Below the pieces are notes generated by a model that worked only from the letters and a program-made list of their open reading frames with translations, was not told where the DNA came from and ran no database searches. 64,000 bases of DNA, from contig ML996690.1 of NCBI GenBank assembly GCA_010356995.1, positions 141,101 to 205,100 of the forward strand. The letters are read 5' to 3'. Shown one piece after another: positions 12,248 to 22,779 of the stretch; within the stretch, counting starts at the first letter, position 1, and every line of letters begins with the position of its first letter. Origin of the DNA: Trichodelitschia bisporula. Taxonomy: Eukaryota. The translations under genes and the position numbers were made by a program.

Positions 12248-12374
12248 TTTCGGTAGGTCTCCCATCAGTACACGGCCCGCAAGGCCACCGTGAATGCCAT
12301 TGTAGTCCTCGATGCATTCAAGGACGGCTTGTCGAATGAGTTTCGTCTCCAGCTCCAGCAAGGAACGAGTGTAC

Positions 12375-13050
12375 AACGCCAAACGGATATGCGAGGAGGG
12401 AAGAAGGAGCTTCCGGTGTCTGGATCAAGCAGAAGCGTCGGGAGCGCAGAGAGATCCTCTCTGTCTTATATTTCTCGGAGCAGAGCACATCTACGTCCAC
12501 GAGTTGCTGCGCAGGAAATGGTACATGAAGGACGAGGTGCGTAGCACAGCGCCGAGCTCCCTGCTATATGCCTCGTCTTTCAAGTACCACTTCCCGTAGA
12601 GAGACCAGTGGACGTAGTTGTGCTGTGACTGTTCATTGATATATAAGACAGAGGGGCAGTTGCCCCGCACCGTCCTGGCTTGTTGTTGTCGACGCAAAGA
12701 TATGAATGTGAGAAGGTAAAAGGAGCTCTCGGTGCGTTGACCACGTAGAAGCGTCGGCAGTGTGGGGATATCCTCCCTATCTCATATTTTTTAGAGCGGA
12801 GCACAACTCCGTCCACGAGATGTTACGTCTCAAGTGGTATTTCAAAGACAAGATATAGTACGGAGCCGGGCAGTACAGCCCCGTACTATATCTCTTATCT
12901 CCCAAATACCACTTGAAGCGGAAACATCGCGTGGACGTGGTTGTACTGTTCTGCTCCGAGAATAAGACAGAGAGGGTAACCTTAGCTGCCCCGCACCGTC
13001 TTGACTCCGCTTGCCGTTAACGTCCCATGTCAAAGAATGAGGGAGGAAGG
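12375..13050. repeat. Tandem duplication of a ~316-326 bp unit, each copy a long imperfect inverted repeat
   Basis: 12399-12539 aligns ungapped to 12715-12855 at 101/141 identity (hand count). TGCCCCGCACCGTC recurs at 12661 and 12987. Hairpin 1 arms are about 12456-12546 and 12562-12656; hairpin 2 arms are about 12772-12866 and 12878-12975. Confidence 0.9.
12456..12975 (+). ncRNA. Candidate hairpin-RNA / milRNA precursor (two ~200-nt stem-loops)
   Basis: Two stems of about 90 bp with 11-15 nt loops, compensatory substitutions between the copies, several G-U pairs on the + strand, and no credible ORF. Transcription is inferred, not shown. Confidence 0.45.
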
Positions 13051-13792
13051 ATGCTTGAAGACGGGAATGGAGAAATTGAGTAATGTCTTTGAGTCGCAGT
13101 GGTGATGATGAGTTGTCGCGTTGAGAGGTTAGGTTGTGGGATGAAGTCAAGAGACAAATTCCAATCAGAAGAGAATAACCGCAACTCCCCGACATGAAGC
13201 CATCCGAACTCGGCCTTGGCCTGAGAGCTATCGAGTCCGGCTTCCATCAACATCTAGAACTAGGATCTGGTTCGAGAACGCTTCGATGAGGTTTCCTGTT
13301 ACATGTTCTACCACAGTACATAGATGCAAGACATCAAACGAAACAAACAAGCTTCGATTCCCTGCTACGCCTGCCTCCCAACCCAGGTTATCGCGCCATC
13401 AAGCGCAGCGGAACGCCTATCAAGATTGCAGCAGATGGTGGCGTCGGTGCTGTGTGACGGTATCTTCAGCCGCAGCCCGATTCTGCAGGTCCTGAACGTC
13501 ATGTCATCTGTCAAGGACAGCAGCCGCGCTTATATCGACATTTCTGAAAGAACTAAGACACGCGTCTCAGACCACAATCCCCCAAACCTCCAGCTCTCAG
13601 TCATCACCACTACGCCATTGCGTCAAAAGGCGGCTCACATCACACATGCACCACACGAAATGCGATTAAGTACTACCCACTGACCCTCGCACCCTCCTCA
13701 AACAGCCCTGCACGACCGTAAAAACAGTAATCCGTAAAACAGAATCCCCATCTAGAAGGCAGAACAGTGATCCGTCAAAGCAGAATCCCGAA

Positions 13793-14510
13793 CTAGATCA
13801 TGGCAACCACAGCACCGAGACCCAGCAACGCCGCCAGAGCCTCCCCACCGACAGTCCGGCCCGCTCCGCTCGACGGCACCGTCGCCACGGTGGCACGCGT
13901 GGTGCTCGGAGTAGCAGTGCGCGACGCGCTTGAGCTCTCGCTCGCAGACGACGAGCTCGCGCTGGCACTTGCACTGGAACTAGCGCTGGCGCTCGCGCTC
14001 TTGGACGACTCAGACGCGGAAGCGCTGCTGCTCGCCGACGCACTGTCCGTAGACGCCGACGACGCAGTCTTAGTACCAGTCACAGCGGAACTCAAGGGGC
14101 CCGACGTGCCGGAGACCGTGAACTGAGGCGTGTAGTTCACATTGCCCTTGTTCGAATCGTCGATGATTTCGATGGCGTAGGTGGTGCCGGAGGGCAGATC
14201 GGAGGGGGGCGTCCAGCTGTAGGTGCCGCTGTTTTGGACGGAGGCTAGGGGTTGCGGTTAGTTTGTTTATGTTTATGTTTATGTGTTTGGATTTTTGTTT
14301 TCGCCGCTTACCCGCGATGCTGGTGCCGGGGTTCAGGTTGCCCGCGTCGCCCCAGCGCAGCTGCAGCGACACGGTGCCCGACGTCGTCGGCTGCCAGGTG
14401 ATGGTGGTGGGCTGGCCGGCGACGAGGGCGCCTGCGACGGGGACGAGCGGGTTATCGAGCGCGGCGGCGAGGGCCGCGAAGGCAGAGATGACGATGGCGG
14501 TGAACTTCAT
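13793..14510 (-). CDS. GPI-anchored Ser/Thr-rich cell-wall protein with Kre9/Knh1-like N-terminal domain
   Basis: Signal peptide MKFTAIVISAFAALAAA. Domain motifs AGQPTTITW, NSGTYSWTPP and NYTPQFTV. Ser/Ala-rich stalk and hydrophobic GPI-type C-terminus. Intron 14245-14311. Confidence 0.88.
14262..14288. repeat. (GTTTAT)n microsatellite in intron
   Basis: TTTGTTTATGTTTATGTTTATGTGTTT inside the intron of the GPI-protein gene. Confidence 0.7.
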
Positions 14511-15443
14511 GTTGTATGTAGAGTATCTAAAGAGTGACGTAGAGTTAGACTCTGAATGCTAAAGAGCGACGACGGTGAGATGCGAGATGAGGGCGATTGC
14601 GCGAGGAGGGAACACACTGCGTGCTGTCAAGAATGTTTTTGAGTCCGTACCTTTGACCCCTTGGGCTAGTGGCGATCGCTCCGCGCCGGCCTATTGCGCT
14701 AGGCTCTGGTGAGGGGTCTGAAGCGCGCGAAAGTGTGTTTGCGGAGTCGTGAATGGTGGGGCGTAACGTGGCAGCGCTGGGCAAATCAACGGCACTTAAA
14801 ATCACGATTGAAGAACAATGCGTGGAGTAGAAGTGTCGTTAAAGCTGGACAGACGTTTGCTGCGTAAAGTTCACGATGATGGGATGACGACGGACGGGAG
14901 AGCAGCAACACCCCCCATTTAAATCCCTACCCCGTGCCTCCTTCGTTCCTTCCCTCCACCTTCCAGACCACAAACCTGCTTTGTCCCCCTCAGCGGTGCG
15001 TCCTTCCACTCGGCTCATTCTTCCATATTAACCTCGCGATCCGTGCCCCGGCCACGGGCGCGGCAATCACGAATCGCGCCTGGCGCAGCGGTCGCCCTGA
15101 AAGGCTAATTTCCGTTAGGGGGGCACGAACATCGCGCCATAATCCCGAACCTGTGGCAGCGCTGACGTCGGGTATCACTGGGGAATGGCCCGCGCTTAAG
15201 AATACTATGGCGCGTCTGCCATTCAATTGCAGTAGATCGCTCGGAAGTAGACGCTGCAGGCGCATTACTTGAAGAAAGCCCTTCCCACCCCGCACTTGTT
15301 GACGGGTGGAGCTGTGGAACCGTTGAGCAAGGGGGCGTGAGGAATGACATGTGGCGATATCGACATTCCTGACTACATCATATCCGTCCCAGAGTGACAA
15401 AGACACAACACCAGCAATCCATCATCCCCCGCAATATCCCCGC

Positions 15444-18067
15444 TCAAATCTCAAACGCACCCTGCAGCCTAACATCCAGCACCGACGCCCCCACATAAAC
15501 ATTATAAAGCCCCTGCTGCAGCACCCAATTCTGCAACTTGGGACTCCAGACGCTCAAATCGCGGCGCGTGAGCTCAAAATGAAAGCTACCCGTCTGGCCC
15601 GGCTGCAGCTCGCGCTTGACAAACCCGCGCAGTTGCCGCTTCGGCGCGTTCGGGATTCCGATGTATAGTTGCACGACTTCGGCTGCTGTCACCGCGCCTA
15701 CGTTGCGCACGCGGCAGTCGACGGTTGCGACTCTGTCCCATAGCGCCGCTGGGCCGCCCTCGGCGGTTGGCGACCGTGGTGGCACGAAGGAGTCGTTGAT
15801 GGTGTTGACGACGAAGGAGAGCATGGCTGTTTGGAGGCCTGAGTATTCGAAGCGCGAGTATGTGAGCCCGTAGCCGAATTCGAAGCGCGGCGTTTTGTTG
15901 TGCGTGAGGAAGTGGCGGTAGTCGATGTTGACGCCCTCGGAGAATGTGCCTGCTGGTTAGATGTGATCTGTATGTGGAAGTGTCCTTACTTTGTGGGTAC
16001 AGTGTCATGTTCGTGTTTGGTGGTGGAGTGTCCGGTTGCAGCAGCGGGGAGTAGTCGAAGTCCATTTTGGCTACAGTGTACGGGAGCCGGCCGGATGGAG
16101 ACACCTTGCCGTAGAGTATATCGATGAGTGCACGCCCACTGTCCTGGCCGGGCAAATGTGCATAAATGACCGCCGTGACATTGGGATGACCGATCCAGGC
16201 GTCAACGAGGCGGATGCCAGCGTTGTGGATGACAACGACGGTGTTGTTACACTTCTCCGCGACATTCATGACGAGACGGTCGGACCACCCGTCCGCCAGG
16301 GAAGGCCGGTCGGCACCCTCGAGTGCAAACTCATTGATCATCACGACGCACGCATCCGACGCAGCCTCGACCGCGGGATCCAGCGACTCAAAGTCCCACA
16401 GCAGGGTCGTGCCGTCCTCGTACGCCTTCTGCTGGAAGGCATCATACGGAGCCGAGATGTAAGGCGGGGAGTTAGCCCCGCTGCCGCCGCCACCGATAAG
16501 TGTACCCTTCTTAGCCGCGCCGGGCGGATTCGTGAGGCCGAAGAGCAGGAACAGGCCATCGATAGAGCCTATGCCGCTGGACTGGAGCCCCAGATTCCAT
16601 ATCATGTCATTGGGACCTGAGGGGTTGTTCTTGACCGGGGCGGTAGCGTCATAGCCGAACAATGAAAGCAGTGTCGGAGTCCGCAGCGGGAGGGCCCTTT
16701 TGACGTTCTTAACCAGGACGTGGCCTTCGTACGCGGCTTGCAGAATCGCCTGCTTTGACGCCTGATCACGCGCGTTTATGAAGGGGCGAGGCCGGTTGAA
16801 GGCCTGGTTCATGCCCACGCCTTTTGTGGGATTGTTGGGTGCGTCCATGCCTATGCGGAACCACGAGGCGACGATACTGCTCCATTAGCGCGGTCCAAGA
16901 TTTCTAAGATTACCTACCGTGTCGCCATATCATCCAGCCGCCATTGCGCGAAGCTCCCATTATTAACGGCTTGGACGAGGGCGCCGCCCGTCGGAGTGGT
17001 GATATTAGGAAGCATCACATTCATCACCATGTCCAGGCCTGCGCTGGCACTGGCAAGTCGCGAGTGCTCTGCGCCCCAGTCCGACACGACGAATCCCTGA
17101 AACCCGAGCTCAAGCTTGAGCAGCCCATTTAGCATCTTACTATTCTGGCAGCCGTATGAGTTGTTCACGCGGTTGTACGAGCACATGACGCTCCCGACGC
17201 CCGCGCGGACGGCATCCTGGAATGGCCAGAGATACAACTCATGCATCGTTTTGTCGTCGATGTTGGACGACACCGACTGCTTCCCGCTCATCACAAAGTC
17301 GAGCTGACTGGGGTTACGGTCCGTCTCTTGCTCGTTGCCGATGAAGTGCTTGACGCAGGCAATTACGGACCGCTGGAGCCCTCGGATGGTCTCCGCCGCC
17401 ATCGCGCCAGAAAGATACGCTTAAGGGTCAGCAACCGACATTTGGAGAGTCATAATGCTCACGGTCCGCGCCGAAGCCCTCCCAATTCCGTCCTCCGCGT
17501 GCAACCCGGCCCAGAGGCCCAACAACCGGCCCAAGAGCCACATTAACTGCGCCGTCAGCAGATCTTCGCACACCTCAGCCGAACACCCACCTCCTTTGCG
17601 CCGAAACTCAGCGCCCATGTACCCACCAATCTCTTTTGCCAGCGGTGCATTCCACGACGCGCCTATATGGATTCCCGCCGGAAACGCGCTCACGCCGTCC
17701 ACACCGCGTACGCCGGCCGGCCCGTCGTGCAAACACAGTCCGGGGAATCCAACAGACTCAACACCACCGCTGTTACCGGCGCAGCTATTGGGATCGGCTA
17801 CCTGGTTCGTCACATGCTCTTTCTCCTCATTGGTCATGCGTGAGACCATTTCGCGGGCTCTGTTGTATGCGTCGGTCCAATTGCCAATCCCGGCGCCAGA
17901 TGCTGGATTGTTAGCCAAACTCACGCGATCACAAGAGACGTACGGCCGGGATAGACGGGTGGTGAGCGGCCATAGGACCAGAATCGCTCCAGGTCGGCCT
18001 TCGACGCATTTTGCGCCGTGGCTATGCCGGCCAAGGACAGGAGCAGGATATGGACGAGAGCCAGCAT
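15444..18067 (-). CDS. Secreted GH3 beta-glucosidase, multi-exon
   Basis: Signal peptide [18 protein letters not shown], then [45 protein letters not shown], catalytic [31 protein letters not shown] and an FnIII-like C-terminus (EVVQLY...QLRGF). Confidence 0.95.
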
Positions 18068-19196
18068 GGCGGTATGACTTGGGACTTCAGATTCCGGGGA
18101 CGGTCGCTATTAAGACCCAGACGGGGCGACGCATCTGATCGTCACCGCAATATGGTGTACTAAGTCGATATACTCGCATTGAGCTATGGCCATCAACGCA
18201 AGGTGGGATTATACAGTGGCATGGCAGATGCTGAACGGCAACCGGGACGGACTCACGATCGACATCAGGCCAATGTGGGCATTGTCGGTTACTGGCTTTC
18301 CTCAAGTGGGAATCGAGTGTAGAATGGGTCTTGTTGAGTAGGGTCCCACCCTCATTCGGTTCACCGTAGTCCATATAGCATTAGGGTTGAGCAATGTATA
18401 CCGAAGAACCGAGCAGTTGCGGGAGTTATTGCGAAGAAAGCCATCAGGGGAAAGGTCTGAATGGTTCATAGCCGACGCATTGACACTCGTATATTAGACG
18501 AGAACGCTTGGAGGTGGGAAGCTGCAGCCCGCACTCTCAGCGCCGCAGGTTTACGTGCGGTCCAGGATGCCATCGACACTACAATAGGGTGAGATGCGAA
18601 ACAATGTACAGTAGCCACTGAAGGAGGTAGTCACCGCATGTGCCAAGAGCTTGCGTCAGGCACAGAATATCCACCGAGATGCAGTTCATAGCGAGCAGTA
18701 TGTTAACCAGGTTATGACTTCGGTAGTGGGTTTGCACAAGCATCCCGAACGTCGCTCGAGCCTAATTTAGCCGGCAAAGCGAAACTCAGATGCGATTACG
18801 ATGAAGGAAGCACATCCTCAGCCTTCATCATGCAGATCAAGCGGCCTAGAACTAGACGTTTGAGGGCCCGACCTATGTGCATGATATTAGCTTCAAGGTG
18901 AAGATAAGTGAGTCAAAGGTGACTCGATGCTGTAGCCACCCCAATACAAGCAAATATGACTCTGCGGTGAGCTTAAAGAGCTGTAAGCTCGAAGGAGTTG
19001 AAAGAGCCAGCAAGCAGATGCATTTTCTCGAGTCATTTCTCAACCGCCGTCAAAGCTCCCCGCCTGCCAACAGCAGAAATCCACAATGTCAACACCACGT
19101 GACCACTCATCGCCGCAAACCTCCGCAAACCCCAATTTTCACCCCAAACCCCACGACTCCAATTCCCCGCCTCAAGCACCGTCCGATGTCCAGAGC

Positions 19197-22100
19197 ATGC
19201 TGACCCCCAGCCGAGCTCTCAAGGCATCATGGTCATCGACTCTCCACCTCCCTAAGTCGAGCCTACCGCCGCGGCCGCCGCTTCCCTCGCCGTACCTCGC
19301 CCGCTGCACCGATGACCTCTACGCCTGGCAGGCCACCCAGCGAGCGAACCAGCAGCCTTTTGTGCTACACGACGGGCCGCCGTATGCGAATGGTGGGCTA
19401 CACGTCGGACATGCGCTGAATAAGATCCTCAAGGACATTATCTGCCGGTTCCAGGTTAGTCAGGGCCGTCGCGTACATTATGTGCCTGGTTGGGACTGCC
19501 ATGGCCTGCCGATTGAAGTCAAGGCGCTGCAGGCGCTCAAGGTGAGCCACGATGCCATGGGACCTGTGGAAATTCGCCGCGCGGCGAGGAAGCTGGCGGA
19601 AAAAACGGTCGAAGGGCAGAAGAAGGGATTCCGCGAATGGGCTGTTATGGGCGAGTGGGATAATGCGTATAAGACGATGGAAAAGAGCTTTGAGCTCCGG
19701 CAGCTGGGTGTCTTTCAGCGCATGGTAGAGAAGGGTAAGGCTGCCGTAGCAAGATTCAATTCAATTGGGCGAGCTGTGCTCACATTTGTAGGCCTGATCT
19801 ACCGTGCCCATAAACCCGTGTATTGGTCGCCCTCCTCAGGAACGGCCCTTGCAGAAGCCGAGCTCGAGTATGACGAAGCCTTCAAGAGCACATCGGCCTT
19901 TATCCGCTTCGCGGTTGTAGAGCTCTCCGAAGAGCTCAAGGCGCTCGAGGGAGTCGATCCTGAAAACATCGGAGTGGTCATCTGGACAACGACCCCGTGG
20001 ACACTCCCCGCGAACCAGGCCGTAGCCGTGCATGCCGAGCTCGACTACGCCGTAGTAACGCTGCAGAGCGCTCCACAGTCCCAGTTATTCATCGCCGAAT
20101 CCCGCATCCAAAATTTGCAGTCACTCCTCGGCGAGGATGCCATCAGGGTGGTCGTTGGAGGCATCTCTGGCGCCAAACTCGCCGGTGCCGTCGCATATCT
20201 GAACCCGTTCCAGTCCGGAACGCGCCACGTCATTCATGCCGACTTTGTCACTGCGACATCGGGCTCCGGGCTTGTCCACCTTGCCCCTGGCCACGGCATG
20301 GACGACTACCACGTGTGCACCAAGCTCGGTCTCAAGGCGCTTGCTCCAGTCGACGACAACGGTCGCTTCACGGCAGAGGCATTCCCCTCCAACCCGTTGC
20401 TGCTGCAAGGCAAATCCGTCCAAGCCGACGGTCCCTCCGCTGTCCTCGCCCACCTAACCACGCTCCCCGTCAATCATGTTATCGCCACGCACGACATCCG
20501 CCACAAGTACCCAATCGACTGGCGTACTAAGCAACCCGTCATTGTGCGCGCAACCGAGCAATGGTTCGCGGATGTCGACGGGCTCAAGGACGACGCGCTA
20601 GCAGCGCTCGAGGACGTCAACTTTATCCCAGAGGGCGGCAAGGCACGCCTATCCAGCTTCATCCGTGGCCGCTCGCAGTGGTGCATCTCGCGCCAGCGTG
20701 CGTGGGGCGTGCCCATCCCCGCATTGTACCGCGTAGACGGCGGCGCTCGCGAAGCGGTCATGACGCCGGAGACGATTGCACATATCATCAGCGTGGTGGA
20801 CGCGCGCGGGATCGATGCGTGGTGGACAGATGCCGAAGATGAGGCTGCATGGGTACCCCCCTTTCTGGAGGGTACTTATGTTCGCGGCCGCGACACCATG
20901 GATGTCTGGTTCGACAGTGGCACCAGCTGGGCGCTGCTCCCCGAGCGGCAGGCAGACCACGTCGCGGACGTTTATCTTGAGGGCAGCGACCAGCACCGTG
21001 GGTGGTTCCAGTCGTCGCTGCTGACGCACGTGGCGCAGCAGCAGGCCGCGGGGCTGCCGGTTAAGGCGCCGTATAAGACGCTCATTACGCACGGCTTCAC
21101 GTTGGATAACGAGGGGCGCAAGATGAGCAAGTCGCTGGGGAATGTGATTGCGCCGTCGCAGATTGTGGATGGGAGCCTGCTCCCGCCGGTTAAGCGGAAG
21201 AAGCAGAAGGCTGGACCGCCGACGTACGATGCCATGGGACCTGATGTTCTACGTCTGTGGGTTGCTGGTAGCGATTACCAACGCGACGTTGTGGTTGGCG
21301 AGCCTGTCCTCAAGGCTGTGCAGCAGAGCCTGCACAAGTTCCGCGTCACGTTCAAGTGGCTCCTCGGCGCTCTGGCAGACTACACGCCCGGGACGACGGC
21401 CAGCACGCCAAACGCCTATGCGCTGATTGATCGCATTGCATTGCACCAGCTTTCGGCAGCGGCACACGCGGTACACGGTGCTTACACTTCATACGAGTTC
21501 TTCAAGGCGACGAACATCCTCAACAGGTATATCAATCTCGACCTCTCGGCCTTTTACTTCGAGACCCTCAAGGACAGGTTGTACACCGGAACTCCTACCG
21601 AGCGTCTCACCGCCCAGGCCGTCCTGTACCCTATTTTCAACGAGCTCCTCGCCATGCTCGGACCCATCACTCCACTGCTCGTCGAAGAGGTCTGGGACCA
21701 TGCGCCCGAGGCCATCAAGCGCGAGGAACACCCACTGCGACGCGTGTGGCAGCCGTATGGCGAGCTCTCCGAGGACAGTGAAATCAAGACGCAGATCGAG
21801 TATCTGATGGATACACACTCGGCCGTCAAGGTGGCGCAGGAAACGGCGAGAGGAGAGAAGAAGATGGGCAGCAGTCTCGAGTGCGACGTCCACTTTTTCA
21901 TGCCCCCAGATGCGAAGCCCATGGCCAAGAGCCTGTTAAATGAGCAGATGAAGGAGGAACTGGCGTCGGTGTTTGTTGTGAGTAAGGTGCATGTGCACGA
22001 GAAAGGCGAAGTGGAGGTGGTGGAGGGGGTGGAGAACGGGTTTACGCTCGGTTGGGGGCCGATCTATCTTGCCGTTGTGACGAGCCCCAGCGGACACAAG

Positions 22101-22205
22101 TGCGTACGGTGCTGGCGGTACCTGGCAGAGGCGGAGGAAAGCCTATGCGGGAGGTGTGAGGGCGTGGTAAGGGAGGCATTTCCCTCGATGCTGGAGAAGG
22201 CGTAG
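19197..22205 (+). CDS. ISM1: Mitochondrial isoleucyl-tRNA synthetase
   Basis: LHDGPPYANG.LHVGH (HIGH), GWDCHGLPIE, WCISRQR, EGSDQHRGWF, KMSKS and a bacterial-type C-terminal CxRCW..CxRC zinc finger. Presequence-like start MLTPSRALKA at 19197. 57-nt in-frame intron 19735-19791. Confidence 0.94.
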   Translation: MLTPSRALKASWSSTLHLPKSSLPPRPPLPSPYLARCTDDLYAWQATQRANQQPFVLHDGPPYANGGLHVGHALNKILKDIICRFQVSQGRRVHYVPGWDCHGLPIEVKALQALKVSHDAMGPVEIRRAARKLAEKTVEGQKKGFREWAVMGEWDNAYKTMEKSFELRQLGVFQRMVEKGKAAVARFNSIGRAVLTFVGLIYRAHKPVYWSPSSGTALAEAELEYDEAFKSTSAFIRFAVVELSEELKALEGVDPENIGVVIWTTTPWTLPANQAVAVHAELDYAVVTLQSAPQSQLFIAESRIQNLQSLLGEDAIRVVVGGISGAKLAGAVAYLNPFQSGTRHVIHADFVTATSGSGLVHLAPGHGMDDYHVCTKLGLKALAPVDDNGRFTAEAFPSNPLLLQGKSVQADGPSAVLAHLTTLPVNHVIATHDIRHKYPIDWRTKQPVIVRATEQWFADVDGLKDDALAALEDVNFIPEGGKARLSSFIRGRSQWCISRQRAWGVPIPALYRVDGGAREAVMTPETIAHIISVVDARGIDAWWTDAEDEAAWVPPFLEGTYVRGRDTMDVWFDSGTSWALLPERQADHVADVYLEGSDQHRGWFQSSLLTHVAQQQAAGLPVKAPYKTLITHGFTLDNEGRKMSKSLGNVIAPSQIVDGSLLPPVKRKKQKAGPPTYDAMGPDVLRLWVAGSDYQRDVVVGEPVLKAVQQSLHKFRVTFKWLLGALADYTPGTTASTPNAYALIDRIALHQLSAAAHAVHGAYTSYEFFKATNILNRYINLDLSAFYFETLKDRLYTGTPTERLTAQAVLYPIFNELLAMLGPITPLLVEEVWDHAPEAIKREEHPLRRVWQPYGELSEDSEIKTQIEYLMDTHSAVKVAQETARGEKKMGSSLECDVHFFMPPDAKPMAKSLLNEQMKEELASVFVVSKVHVHEKGEVEVVEGVENGFTLGWGPIYLAVVTSPSGHKCVRCWRYLAEAEESLCGRCEGVVREAFPSMLEKA

Positions 22206-22779
22206 ACGTTCGGCTTGGAAAGACGCACTCTCCTCTCCGCGCCTTCTGGGACGCTTTTGTCTGAATATTTAGCCTTCGCCATAGAGAATAGATCTTCGTC
22301 AAACTCCAGAATCCTTTCGGTCTGATTCCATCGGATATTTTCGTCATGGCTGGTCCTTCTTCTCTTCTACCCAGAGTAAAGGTGGCTATGCACGCTATAT
22401 TCCCCCAGCCTCACAGCTGGGGCGCCACAGTCACGGCCCCGCAAGTGGTGGGTCAGCCCCGCGCCGCGTGGACCACATGCCACTTCGTGTGCGACTGAAC
22501 ACTCTTGAGAACATTCACTGACTACGTACACTCCAGTACACCCCACCGGCTACTCCCAAGCACCTATCTGCCGTCCTCTTGAAAGACTGTGTTCTGTTTC
22601 TCCTCAAGGATCCTCAAGCTTCGCCTCTTTCATCCCCCAAGAGCAAGTCGAAAGCGAACAAGAACACGAAGAAGAAGAAGGCCAAAAGCAAGGTGCTCCC
22701 CGCTCCAGAGCTCGCAGATTTTTACTCCTCCTTCGACGGCGCGCAGCCACCGGACAAGTCCCCAAGGGAGTGGGTGAAG

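Noticed and set aside
12312..12816. Short ORFs overlapping the hairpins (12312-12599 +, 12491-12697 -, 12580-12816 -) as functional proteins
   Set aside because: Their mutual similarity is a by-product of the repeat symmetry. The homologous frame in copy 2 has frameshifts and stops, and codon usage is unlike neighbouring genes.
12375..13050. Repeat locus as a CRISPR array or a classical MITE
   Set aside because: Eukaryotic context with no short repeat-spacer periodicity or cas genes. No clear terminal TIR/TSD was seen and pairing is strongest internally; a foldback element cannot be fully excluded without a genome-wide search.
13102..13223. Possible C/D box snoRNA (GTGATGA ... CTGA)
   Set aside because: No terminal stem and no rRNA-complementary guide that I could recognise; such motifs occur by chance.
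18800..18829. Small inverted repeats (GATGAAGG/CCTTCATC here; AGATGGAC/GTCCATCT at 58101-58134)
   Set aside because: 8-12 bp stems are expected by chance in 64 kb, and rho-independent terminators do not apply to a fungus.
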